Below are positions 42,373 to 51,958 of a stretch of DNA of 64,000 bases, one piece after another. The notes under the pieces are model-generated. The model searched no databases. It was given only the letters and a program-made list of their open reading frames with translations, and was not told the origin of the DNA. The DNA is from Cyanobacteriota bacterium (GTDB lineage Bacteria > Cyanobacteriota > Cyanobacteriia > Cyanobacteriales > Nostocaceae), in assembly GCA_046045965.1 (NCBI GenBank), contig JBJOKS010000003.1, positions 32,001-96,000 on the forward strand. The letters run 5' to 3'. The position numbers were made by a program, and so were the translations under genes. Position 1 is the stretch's first letter. Each line of letters starts with the position of its first letter.

Positions 42373-42981
42373 ATGAAACTACAAACAATTATCCAAGAAA
42401 TCAAAACTGTTAAAGCCTACTATACCCCAGAAGAATATTTAGAACTAGAAGAAAAATCAGAGTACAAAAATGAATATAGAGATGGGGAAATTATACCAAT
42501 GACAGGCGGAACAACAAATCATAATAAACTGGCATTAAATTTAGCTACTAGCCTGAATTTAGCATTAAATGATTTAGACTATGAAGTTTATATAGGTGAT
42601 GTAAAACTGTGGATACCACGCTATCAGGAATTTACCTATCCTGATGTCATGGTCATAGAAGGTGAGCCTATTTATTATAGTACAAATACCACAATTGTCA
42701 CCAATCCTTTATTAATTGCCGAAATTTTATCTAAATCTACAAAAGACTATGATAGGGGTGATAAATTTCTTTATTATCGTTCCATTCCCGAATTTAAAGA
42801 ATATATTTTGATTGATCAAACTCAACATTATGTAATGCAATATGTCAAAAATAATGAAAATCAATGGCTTTTGACAGAGTATGAAACAGAAGATGCTATT
42901 TTAAAACTTTCATCAATTAACCTTCAATTACCTTTAAAAAAACTGTATAAAAAAGTTAACTTTTTAGCACAAATAGAGTAA
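42373..42981 (+). CDS. Uma2-family endonuclease-like protein
   Basis: EEYLELEE..EYRDGEI..MTGGTTNHN, YPDVMV, AEILSKST..YDRGDKF, EYILIDQ. Confidence 0.9.
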   Translation: MKLQTIIQEIKTVKAYYTPEEYLELEEKSEYKNEYRDGEIIPMTGGTTNHNKLALNLATSLNLALNDLDYEVYIGDVKLWIPRYQEFTYPDVMVIEGEPIYYSTNTTIVTNPLLIAEILSKSTKDYDRGDKFLYYRSIPEFKEYILIDQTQHYVMQYVKNNENQWLLTEYETEDAILKLSSINLQLPLKKLYKKVNFLAQIE

Positions 42982-42984
42982 TAT

Positions 42985-43091
42985 CTCGTTCCCAGTCTCT
43001 GACTGGGAATGCCATTACAGAGGTTCTACCTCTACTTTATCATAAGGCAGAGCCTTACAAACTTCATTCCCATACAGAGTATGGGAACGAG
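42985..43091. mobile_element. Family A MITE/REP element, intact copy
   Basis: Perfect 10-bp TIR CTCGTTCCCA/TGGGAACGAG, four internal hairpins; right end partly duplicated at 43108-43124. Confidence 0.75.
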
Positions 43092-43136
43092 AATTAACGA
43101 TAATTAAACAGAGTATGGGAACGATAAATTAAAACA

Positions 43137-44102
43137 TTAAATAAAATTTACCTTGGGAAAAATTGACTTAGATAACATTCCATGTACTCCTTTTTGGGGA
43201 CTATTAACCACTTGAGTAATATGAAAATTCACTGCTAAACTACATAAAACATAAGCATCTTCTGGAGATAAATTTGTAAAGCGTTCTAGAAAATCAATCA
43301 TATTTTTTAAAGCCAATTCCAAAGCATCATCTAAAGTTTCTGCAAAACCCATTGTGATGAAATCTGTAGGTGTTTCTGCTATGGGTGTTGTCAGTTGTAA
43401 ATCTTTACGCAGTATGAGTTTAATTCTACCATTCATAGATGTTTCAATAGCAGTTACATTCACTTCCCCATCACCTTGTGCAGAATGTCCATCACCAAGA
43501 GAAAATAATGCACCGGGAAGATATATAGGTAAAAATAACCTTGAACCTGCTTGTAATTGACGATTATCAATATTCCCTCCATAAGCACCTGGGGGGATAG
43601 AATTACGGTTATTTTCTGGTGTAGCGACTCCTAAAATGCCAAAAAAAGGTGTGAGGGGAATTTTGATATTTGAACCCGGTGGAAATTCGGCAAAATTATT
43701 TTTTAAATCGAGGGGAATAAATCTTAACGCAGGTTGAAAAAACTGCTGTGGTAATGCTCCCCAACCTTCACGAATAGCGTTAAAACCAACAGGTAAACGG
43801 GGTGAAATTGCCTCTAATTGTACTTCTAAAACATCTCCTGGTTCTGCATTGTTGATGTAAATTGGTCCGGTGAGTAAATGGGGTCCTGGTGCTATTTTTT
43901 GTTCTGGTGGTAAATTTTCACAGATATCAATAAATTCTGGTGTGAGAAATTCTGAAGGTGCTTTGTCGTAAACGTAATAACCTGTGTATGTTTCTATGTC
44001 TATTGTGTCATGGGAATTTACAAACAGTGCTGGTTTTAATAAGTGAGAAAAGCCACCTAAATGTACAGTTTCTTTGGTAGCTTTTAAAATGTGGTGAGTC
44101 AT
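43137..44102 (-). CDS. Acetamidase/formamidase family protein
   Basis: HLLTGPIYINNAEPGDVLEV, GGNIDN, GDGHSAQGDGEV..TAIE. Confidence 0.92.
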   Translation of the reverse strand: MTHHILKATKETVHLGGFSHLLKPALFVNSHDTIDIETYTGYYVYDKAPSEFLTPEFIDICENLPPEQKIAPGPHLLTGPIYINNAEPGDVLEVQLEAISPRLPVGFNAIREGWGALPQQFFQPALRFIPLDLKNNFAEFPPGSNIKIPLTPFFGILGVATPENNRNSIPPGAYGGNIDNRQLQAGSRLFLPIYLPGALFSLGDGHSAQGDGEVNVTAIETSMNGRIKLILRKDLQLTTPIAETPTDFITMGFAETLDDALELALKNMIDFLERFTNLSPEDAYVLCSLAVNFHITQVVNSPQKGVHGMLSKSIFPKVNFI

Positions 44103-44176
44103 TTGATTTTGGATTTTAGATTTTGGATTTTCATATTCATATCCCGCTAAATATACCAGAAAGTAGGTAATTTAAA

Positions 44177-44773
44177 TTAGCATATTTGCGAAGTAATGAA
44201 TTGAATTACATCCGCTAATCCGGTTTTAGTTTTTAAGTTGGTAAAAATAAAAGGTTTATCACCTCGCATTTTTTTTGCGTCTCTTTCCATCACGTTTAAA
44301 TCTGCGCCAACATAGGGTGCAAGGTCGGTTTTATTAATAACTAATAAATCTGATTTTGTGATACCTGGACCACCTTTGCGGGGGATTTTATCACCAGCAG
44401 CAACGTCTATGACATATATAGTTAAATCTACTAATTCGGGACTAAAAGTAGCGGCTAAATTATCACCACCACTTTCTAAAAAGACTAAATCTAAATCTGT
44501 GAATTTTTCTTCTAGTTGTTCAATTGCTGCTAAATTCATGGAAGCATCTTCACGAATAGCGGTATGGGGACAACCTCCTGTTTCTACTCCCAAAATGCGA
44601 TCGCTCTCCAAAGCTTGAGAACGGACTAAAAATTGAGCATCTTCTTGAGTGTAAATATCATTGGTAACAACTGCTAATTTATATTTTTCTCGCAATGCTT
44701 TACACAAAGCATCTACTAAAGCCGTTTTTCCAGAACCTACAGGTCCTGCTACCCCAATTCGATAAGCATTCAT
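44177..44773 (-). CDS. ureG: Urease accessory GTPase UreG
   Basis: [35 protein letters not shown]. Confidence 0.97.
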   Translation of the reverse strand: MNAYRIGVAGPVGSGKTALVDALCKALREKYKLAVVTNDIYTQEDAQFLVRSQALESDRILGVETGGCPHTAIREDASMNLAAIEQLEEKFTDLDLVFLESGGDNLAATFSPELVDLTIYVIDVAAGDKIPRKGGPGITKSDLLVINKTDLAPYVGADLNVMERDAKKMRGDKPFIFTNLKTKTGLADVIQFITSQIC

Positions 44774-44775
44774 AA

Positions 44776-44855
44776 GTAATTGGTAATTGGTAATTGGTAA
44801 TTAGTGATTGGTAATTGGTAATTGGTAATTGGTAATTGGTGATTGGTAATTGGTA
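44776..44855. repeat. STRR array (GTAATTG)n, about 11 units
   Basis: Direct reading, between ureF and ureG. Confidence 0.9.
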
Positions 44856-44906
44856 AAATTCTTACCTATCTTCTCTTACTATTCCCTATTCCCTGTTAAG
44901 AGTTCC

Positions 44907-45596
44907 CTAACTCCTAAACAACCTAGTATATTGGGTTTCATGCTGCATACTAGCTAGAGATAAACCCCAACTACAACAAGCTAGATTATCATCTTCTAAG
45001 GTGAGAATTTCTGACATTGTAATATTTAATAATGTTTGTAACTCCAACAATATTTCTTGTCCAGCGGTTTGGCCAAGGGGAATAATTTTGACTCCAGCAG
45101 TAATTAAATTATTTATCCAACTATGCAGATATGCTAATAATGCAGCATCAGTATTAATTTGCCAATGAGCGCAAGCAATACCAAAAGCGATCGCATAATT
45201 GCAAGGATAACCCACAGCAGTAGCTAATGGTACAATTTGCGGGGTAATTTTACTTAATAATTGTAAGAGCGATCGCCCCATTTGCCAACTAGCAGCGCGT
45301 AATTCTTCTGTATCTCTCACCGCAGATAACCACAAATTCCATCTTTTTAAATCTTCTAAATTACCAATTTTCGCAGTTTCTAAAGCTCTGATCATCACAG
45401 CCCCATCTAGGCGAATTGAGCCATAGTTTAACTCAGCTTTTAACCAATTTTTTAGGCTTTTACTATTATTAATAGTCCCCATTTCTACCAACATTTCCAA
45501 CCCTTCCGAATAGCTATAAGCTCCCACAGGTAAAGCCGGACTAGCCAATTGTAAAATAGATAAAAAATGACTATGAGTGAGAGTGAGTGTTTCCAT
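44907..45596 (-). CDS. ureF: Urease accessory protein UreF
   Basis: [32 protein letters not shown]. Confidence 0.95.
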   Translation of the reverse strand: METLTLTHSHFLSILQLASPALPVGAYSYSEGLEMLVEMGTINNSKSLKNWLKAELNYGSIRLDGAVMIRALETAKIGNLEDLKRWNLWLSAVRDTEELRAASWQMGRSLLQLLSKITPQIVPLATAVGYPCNYAIAFGIACAHWQINTDAALLAYLHSWINNLITAGVKIIPLGQTAGQEILLELQTLLNITMSEILTLEDDNLACCSWGLSLASMQHETQYTRLFRS

Positions 45597-46020
45597 AAGC
45601 TCCTAATTCTGGCTGAAAAGGTACAACTTCTTCTTTAATTTCTAAACCCAACTTTTCCAACATTGTGCATAAAACTGCATCGGGAGACAAACGCAAATAA
45701 TTTGGCGTAATTTCCACAGGTACATGACGATTACCCAAATGATAAGCTGCTCTTGATAACAGTAAAGGTGTGTGTGCAACCACAGTCAAAACAGGTTCAG
45801 GTTTAGCAACAATTCTGATGAAATTGCTTTGACTTTCATCTGCCAGAATATCACCATTATGTAAAACCGTACCTCTTGGTAAACGCAAAAATACCACCTG
45901 ACCATCTGCTAATGTAAACCGATGACGACTACGGGTGCGTTCTTCAGCAGTGAGTGGAAGAGTTAAATTAACAACAGCATTAATATCAGGAGGTTTAATT
46001 TGCGTTAACGTCAGCATCAT
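45571..46020 (-). CDS. ureE: Urease accessory protein UreE
   Basis: [34 protein letters not shown]; start ATG 46020/46017 (ORF open to 46032). Confidence 0.93.
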   Translation of the reverse strand: MMLTLTQIKPPDINAVVNLTLPLTAEERTRSRHRFTLADGQVVFLRLPRGTVLHNGDILADESQSNFIRIVAKPEPVLTVVAHTPLLLSRAAYHLGNRHVPVEITPNYLRLSPDAVLCTMLEKLGLEIKEEVVPFQPELGAYGNTHSHS

Positions 46021-46151
46021 TGAGGAAATCATTGATAGATATCTTTGTGAATTTTAAGCCATGATGGTACAAAAAAAACACAAAAATCTTAAAAAAATAA
46101 ATCCCCAACTTCTCAAAGAAGTCAGGGACCTATATCCTGCACCTTTTATGT

Positions 46152-46493
46152 TTAATTCTCATCCCTACCATGAATTTGAGCCGGGGGACTCGTTGCTTCC
46201 ACCGCTGTAAATGGTTGCAGAATTCTATAAGAATGAATTGCACCTTTTGGTACAACCCAAGAACTACCTTTTTCTAGGATAATTGTTTGTCCGGCAATAT
46301 CCAATTCTGCTTGTCCATTAATTACATAACCAACAGTTTCATATTCCCGTTGAGTTGGTACTTTTTCCTCTCCAGGTTCTTCATTTTCCCACAGTCGCAT
46401 CGAAACAGTTTTACCAGATGCAAGATACTTTTGACCGAGTTGACCTTTGGGAGAATAGGCAGAATCAACTTTTTTAACACTGGTGTCACTCAT
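46152..46493 (-). CDS. Cupin domain protein
   Basis: YETVGYVINGQAEL..GSSWVVPKGAIHSY; ATG 46493 preferred over TTG 46550. Confidence 0.85.
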   Translation of the reverse strand: MSDTSVKKVDSAYSPKGQLGQKYLASGKTVSMRLWENEEPGEEKVPTQREYETVGYVINGQAELDIAGQTIILEKGSSWVVPKGAIHSYRILQPFTAVEATSPPAQIHGRDEN

Positions 46494-46691
46494 AAAACTT
46501 GAGGCTCCAATTATTATTAAATTTGAAGTTTGAAGTGTTTTGTGTTTCAATCAGATTTAATTTGCATGGTAAGGGTGGGCTTTGTTTACCACTCCACAAG
46601 AGTTATATTTTCTTCAGGTGCTTGAAAAACTTGCTAGTCTATATTTTTGATGCAAGCAAATATTCTGACTCCTGACTCCTGAATTCTTGGT

Positions 46692-47102
46692 TTATCTCTT
46701 GTCTCTCAATATCCTTTCCGGTGGTATATTCTCTTGATAATATCCTGGTTTACCTCTAGTAATTGGCTCTACAGTTTTTTCAACATTTGTGCGTACATCC
46801 TGTAAAAACTCTTTTGTAGATTCAGGAATAGGTTCATCAAGATTTAGTCTTTCTCTAACATTATCAGCAGTATCTTTAAGTCTCTTCTGAGCATTTTCAA
46901 CCTGCTGATCATTTCTGATCTCTGCTGCGTCTGGAGTACCTTTGTAATAAATGCCTTCTGGAGTTGTCACAGTATCAGCCTGTGCTATTAGCATCATATT
47001 ACCAGAGCTAAAAACTGGGAAGCCGAAAAAGCTAAATACTACAAAAGAGATTACCAGAAGACGTAAAATTACACGTTGTAGATTCTTCAAAAAATGGTTC
47101 AT
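46692..47102 (-). CDS. Hypothetical exported/membrane-anchored small protein
   Basis: Signal-like N-terminus; ADNVRERLNLDEPIPESTKEFL. Confidence 0.65.
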   Translation of the reverse strand: MNHFLKNLQRVILRLLVISFVVFSFFGFPVFSSGNMMLIAQADTVTTPEGIYYKGTPDAAEIRNDQQVENAQKRLKDTADNVRERLNLDEPIPESTKEFLQDVRTNVEKTVEPITRGKPGYYQENIPPERILRDKR

Positions 47103-47154
47103 AAGTATCCTTGTAAATATGGTTTTTGCTAACTGAATGCTAATTGCTAATTAC

Positions 47155-48249
47155 CTAAATCACAGCAGCACTAGAAGTCGGTTTAGGAGGCTTCACACCA
47201 GCAGAGATTCGCCCTCGATAGAGTTCTACTAATCGCTGTTCATATTTACCCAAATCATTGTGAATCTCCTTGAAAATTGCCGTTGCTACTGGGTCAGTAT
47301 AAGTTGCAGACAAATTGCTAATATCACCAATACCTGTTTGCACATCACCCAATGCACAACGGATTTGATAGATATCATCACTACCAGTCAAGGCAGATTT
47401 TACCTTGGCATATTGATTAGCAATATTTGCAGCTAAAGACGGTTTTTCATGCAAACGATCAAGATAATTTTCCAGCTTTTGAATATGGCGCTGTTTATTA
47501 ATTATCATTTCTTGAAACAGGTTTTTAACTTCCTGATCAGATTCTTTTTCTAAATACTTTTCTAAAGCTTCTAAGGAATAACGTTCACCACCTAAAGCAG
47601 TATTTAGACCTTTAACAATTTCATTCTTTGTGGAACCACCCCAAGCATCAGCTAATTTCCACCATTCAGCACTTGTGTCTTTTTCATTAGGTAAATTAGC
47701 ATCTTTACCACCATAACCTAACCGGTTTAAAAGTGCTGTTGTAAAAATTGCCAAATCTCCAGGTTCACGAGATGTAATCAAATTACCATCTACAACTACT
47801 GGTTCATCTAAATAATTTGCCCCCGCATTAGTTATGTCTTTACAAATAGCAGAAAATCCTGTTACTTGTTTACCTTTGAGTAAATCTCCTTCAATTAAAA
47901 CCTGTGGTCCGTGACATACTGCGGCTATTAATTTACCTTGTTTCATTGCTTCGCGCACAAAGCAAACTGTATTACAATTTCGCCGCATTTTATCAGGAGC
48001 CATACCACCAGGAATTACCACTGCTGCAAATTCATCAACTATAGCTTCTGTTGTTGTTCCATCAGCTTGAATGCTCAGTTTTCCCCGTTTTCCCTTATAT
48101 TTTTCATTCATCCGTGAACCCAGGACTACTACCTCCATTCCCGCTTGTTTTAGCCCGTTACAAGGAACTATAAATTCTAAATCTTCTACTGCTTGTTCAA
48201 TGAGAATTGCAACTTTTTTCTTACCCAAATGATGATTATTGTTGATCAT
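47155..48249 (-). CDS. DJ-1/PfpI protein fused to a ferritin-like helical domain
   Basis: IPGGMAPD, AVCHGPQ, VVDGNLITSREPGD; C-terminal four-helix region with E/H ligands. Confidence 0.88.
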   Translation of the reverse strand: MINNNHHLGKKKVAILIEQAVEDLEFIVPCNGLKQAGMEVVVLGSRMNEKYKGKRGKLSIQADGTTTEAIVDEFAAVVIPGGMAPDKMRRNCNTVCFVREAMKQGKLIAAVCHGPQVLIEGDLLKGKQVTGFSAICKDITNAGANYLDEPVVVDGNLITSREPGDLAIFTTALLNRLGYGGKDANLPNEKDTSAEWWKLADAWGGSTKNEIVKGLNTALGGERYSLEALEKYLEKESDQEVKNLFQEMIINKQRHIQKLENYLDRLHEKPSLAANIANQYAKVKSALTGSDDIYQIRCALGDVQTGIGDISNLSATYTDPVATAIFKEIHNDLGKYEQRLVELYRGRISAGVKPPKPTSSAAVI

Positions 48250-48310
48250 TGGTTTTCTTTCCCTGGTTATTTCTCAAATTAAACTTGTTAACTGATTGAG
48301 GAATTAAGCG

Positions 48311-48712
48311 TTATGCTGGCATTTCACTGGTTGATGAAGTAGCAAACAACTCCTCATAATCATGTGAAAAATAGGTGTGAAATTTCTTGAACTTCTCTGG
48401 AGTTACAGCATTTTGTAAAACAGCAAAAACAGCCCGCACGTGCATTGCAGTTGTAGTTGGTTCGACGTTTTCTTTTTGACTGGTACGCTCAATAAACTCT
48501 TGCAGATGAAAAGATTGACTAGCTTCTATCTCTCTACCTCGCAAACATTCACCTAATTCTGGTGGTATTTGTGCAGCTAATTCTTGTGCTTCATCTTTAG
48601 GAATAAGTTCTCTCACCGTTTCTAATGTTGCACGAGTAGCAACTTCCGCTTCTTCACGGGAATTTGATTGAGCTAGACTTTGTACATGGGTAATGAATTC
48701 TGTATATTCCAC
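48311..48712 (-). CDS. DUF2267 domain protein
   Basis: EAEVATRATLETV..ELAAQIP..F.LQEFIER..RAVFAVLQNAV. Confidence 0.8.
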   Translation of the reverse strand: MEYTEFITHVQSLAQSNSREEAEVATRATLETVRELIPKDEAQELAAQIPPELGECLRGREIEASQSFHLQEFIERTSQKENVEPTTTAMHVRAVFAVLQNAVTPEKFKKFHTYFSHDYEELFATSSTSEMPA

Positions 48713-49017
48713 TTTTTAACCTCCTCTCTGAAACCTGAAAACCTAAAATTCATAAATAATTATTTGGCTTAGGTTGAATTAGATAGTGATTCTTGAAGAA
48801 AAAATAATTGTTAGTTGCTGTTTTTCAAACCTAAAACATCTAGAAATAAAAACATCTAGAAAAATAATATTAATGAATTTCTACTTACCATATTAATCTT
48901 AATATTTAATAAATTGTTCCTCTTCGTTCTGAGGGGATAGATTTTTTATAACTTTAGTTATAAAACTTTAGTTAGATAAAGATATTTTGTGAAAAGGTTA
49001 TAATCAAAAGGCAGCAA

Positions 49018-49449
49018 GTGACTATTAGCATGGCAAACAAACGAAATAATCACGAAAATAAATCTAATGATTTGCCACAGGAAATTACTGAATCCTATGG
49101 TACGGGTGTAAAAGACTTGCCTGGATATAATATTGGTGAACGTTCGCTGCGAGAAAATAGACAAGAGTATACAGAAAGCAGTCCTGAATTTCCTGTTGAA
49201 TTCACTATTACTGCTGATGAAGTTGATACTTATTGGCAAGATACTGTAGGAGATGAAGCTGTTGGTGGTACTGTTGCTACTCCTGACAAGAATGTAGTTG
49301 AGGAATTAGGAGCAGCAGTAGGTTTAGAAATGAATGACTATGCCTTTCTTCGCACTAACGATATTTTAGAACACCGTGATGATGAGCGTTGGGAACTAGA
49401 TCCGAAGTCTGCTGAAGATTATAAAGATCGGCGGGAAGATAATTCATAA
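49018..49449 (+). CDS. Acidic DUF6335-like protein
   Basis: VGDEAVGGTVATPDKNVVEELGAAVG..RDDERWELDPKS; start may be ATG 49030. Confidence 0.75.
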   Translation: MTISMANKRNNHENKSNDLPQEITESYGTGVKDLPGYNIGERSLRENRQEYTESSPEFPVEFTITADEVDTYWQDTVGDEAVGGTVATPDKNVVEELGAAVGLEMNDYAFLRTNDILEHRDDERWELDPKSAEDYKDRREDNS

Positions 49450-49609
49450 TTATGAATGTCACCGGGAATTTTAGATTTTAGATTTTAGATTTTAGATTAA
49501 ACAAATTCGTCAATCCAAAATCCAAAATACTCGCTGCGCTGCGTACGCTTCGCTAAGGTCAATTCAAAATTGAGTGACCATCACCTGATCTAAAAGTTGC
49601 AGATTGAGT

Positions 49610-50518
49610 TTAGTTCAACGACTGATTAGATGAAATATACTGCTTTTGACAATATTCCTTGGTTGGGGTTACAGATACAACTTCCACTTCCACCGGTTGT
49701 TCTGGTGTTGGGTTAATAATAAACTCACTCGCACCTTGATGGGGTTTTTGTGAATTTCCCCAATCATAGGTATACCCCAAACCAGACCAAGGATAGTATT
49801 CCTTTTTGGTGTTACTGAAAGAATTGGTGTATATTGTCTGGATTATAGGACTGCTATCAGGCACTGGTAAAGGTAAAAGATTACAAGTAGCATCGTCAAT
49901 TTCTGGATCAATACATGGTCTAATTAAATCTTCTCCTTTGACCCACATTTCAACAAAATGGGTTTTGCTGGAATACTTGTTTAAAATTAATCCCAAATAC
50001 TGTTGTAATCTTAGTGAAAGCTCAATATCATCAGGAATATTTGCGTCTGGGGCTTGATATTGTTGGCAAAATTCTTTTACTTGTGGTGCTGGTGTAAACC
50101 AAGTTTGATAAGCTAGTTGTTTTTTTGCACCTATGGGCCAGTCTACGCTTGGGTCTTTTACATATCTCCAAGTTGACATTAAATATTCAATTTTGCCATT
50201 ATTTTCTCTCCATTGAATTTTGGTGTCTTTGGGAGATAATGCCCACAGATTACTTACTACTTCATCTGCTAATGGCTGTTTTGCATCTTCAACACCATCT
50301 GCTAATGTTTTGGATAACAAGTTATAAGTTTCTGGTTGATATTGCAATAGATACTCATAAACATTTATTGGGACTTCTGCTTGGGCTAGTTGTGCTTTGA
50401 GTACAGGATATATATTGCTTTCAGCTAATACTCTGGGTTGCCATCCAAACACTAAAAAAGCACTACAAATAGTACAACATAGGAAACCTATTAAAAATCG
50501 CTGTTGCCAGTTCTTCAT
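49610..50518 (-). CDS. Hypothetical exported protein
   Basis: Signal peptide; RLQQYLGL, FVEMWV..DLIRPC.DPEI, YPWSGLGYTYDWG..GASEFII. Confidence 0.7.
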   Translation of the reverse strand: MKNWQQRFLIGFLCCTICSAFLVFGWQPRVLAESNIYPVLKAQLAQAEVPINVYEYLLQYQPETYNLLSKTLADGVEDAKQPLADEVVSNLWALSPKDTKIQWRENNGKIEYLMSTWRYVKDPSVDWPIGAKKQLAYQTWFTPAPQVKEFCQQYQAPDANIPDDIELSLRLQQYLGLILNKYSSKTHFVEMWVKGEDLIRPCIDPEIDDATCNLLPLPVPDSSPIIQTIYTNSFSNTKKEYYPWSGLGYTYDWGNSQKPHQGASEFIINPTPEQPVEVEVVSVTPTKEYCQKQYISSNQSLN

Positions 50519-50845
50519 GGTAACTAACCTGGTGGTATTGATAGTGAATTGTCAAATAATTCCATGTCAGATTTTATGGTTAATCATCCAGTCATATCCA
50601 ATGTGTTTATTTTTTGTAATTAAAGATTTGTGTATGAAAAATAAATTTTTATGTAGTTTTTTAAAAGAATTATGATTTTCTAACATTTTTTTATTCAGCC
50701 AGCTAAATCACCGTATAATTATCAGTTAGAAGTTCACGTCATTAGTAAAATCTATTACATATTAAGCAGCATCGGGCATGAGGAGAAAAAATAACTGCTC
50801 AGATGAACTAAAAAGAAAATTCTCCGTCAAGGGAAGTAACAGTAT

Positions 50846-51634
50846 ATGTTTAGAGGTAAAGTTATGTCATCACCAACTCTGCGGTATTTATTTTTCAGTA
50901 GTCTAAGCCTATCTTTATTTATCGGTAACTCCGTAGCCTTTGCCCAAACGGGTGTTGTTGTTCCCACAGTACCATCAGGCTCAACAACAACAGTACCATC
51001 AGGTTCATCTACGAATATACCGACTTCTACCCCTGTTAATAGTAGCACTAGATTTAGCTGTCAATTTCACAACGATAGATACACTGTGATGTATCAACCC
51101 CAAAGCCAACCAGGTCAATTTTTTCCTTGGGCTGCACCTCAAGCGTTGGGTAGTGGTTGGACTCCTCAAAATCGTTGTGAAGCGATCGCTAATCGTTTAG
51201 AATTATACCGCCCCGACGGACTACAAGAACTGCAAATAGCCAGACAAAATAACGAAAATATTATCTGTGTAACTACTGAAGCTATCCCCACTTGTCGCAT
51301 TGTTCTCACAGTACCACGGGATAGAGATCCTTCCGCTGTCCGCAGTAGTATCTTCAGCAACTTGGCCACCGCAGACAACGGACAGCAAACCATAGCTGTT
51401 AACACCTATACTAATCGTGGTAGAGGAGGGGTAAACGAATTATACAATTTAGGTCGCACACTCCTGGGTAGTGGTAAAAATCAAGTCAGTTCAACCAGAA
51501 ATGGAATTAATTTGAAACCTTTCTTAGCTCCTGAAGATGGCGGTACAGCGACTAACTTGCGAAATGGAGTATCAATTGGTCGTCAGTCCCCACCACAAAA
51601 CCCCACTATCTTAAAGCCAGGGTTATTTAGATAG
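50846..51634 (+). CDS. COP23-domain exported protein
   Basis: Signal ending AFAQ; TRFSC, GWTPQNRCEAIANRL, NNENIICVTT..CRIVLT; start may be ATG 50864. Confidence 0.8.
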   Translation: MFRGKVMSSPTLRYLFFSSLSLSLFIGNSVAFAQTGVVVPTVPSGSTTTVPSGSSTNIPTSTPVNSSTRFSCQFHNDRYTVMYQPQSQPGQFFPWAAPQALGSGWTPQNRCEAIANRLELYRPDGLQELQIARQNNENIICVTTEAIPTCRIVLTVPRDRDPSAVRSSIFSNLATADNGQQTIAVNTYTNRGRGGVNELYNLGRTLLGSGKNQVSSTRNGINLKPFLAPEDGGTATNLRNGVSIGRQSPPQNPTILKPGLFR

Positions 51635-51692
51635 TTAAAATTTAACCTCATAGGGGTATTCGCGGATAATTAATTTTTTAAAATCCAATTGT

Positions 51693-51725
51693 GGCTTCTT
51701 TGTAAGTATTTACAAGGAGGCCTTT
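51693..51725 (+). terminator. Hairpin terminator candidate
   Basis: GGCTTCTTTGTAA-GTAT-TTACAAGGAGGCC followed by TTT. Confidence 0.5.
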
Positions 51726-51958
51726 GCCTGTGGTTAGTTTTGAGAATCTGGAGCATCACTTTTTCAGGAAAAATATCATGGAAATTCTCGACGATATAGA
51801 TTTTTCAGTTTACAGTGATTGCAGAAAAGTGGAGACAATGCACGATGTGTCAGGAGTATAAAGTCACATTATCAACTTAAAGTGATCTTGATCTAGACAG
51901 ATATTGCAGTCTTCAGTTTAAATAGATTGATTGTGGCAAATTTAGCTTGGAAATAATA

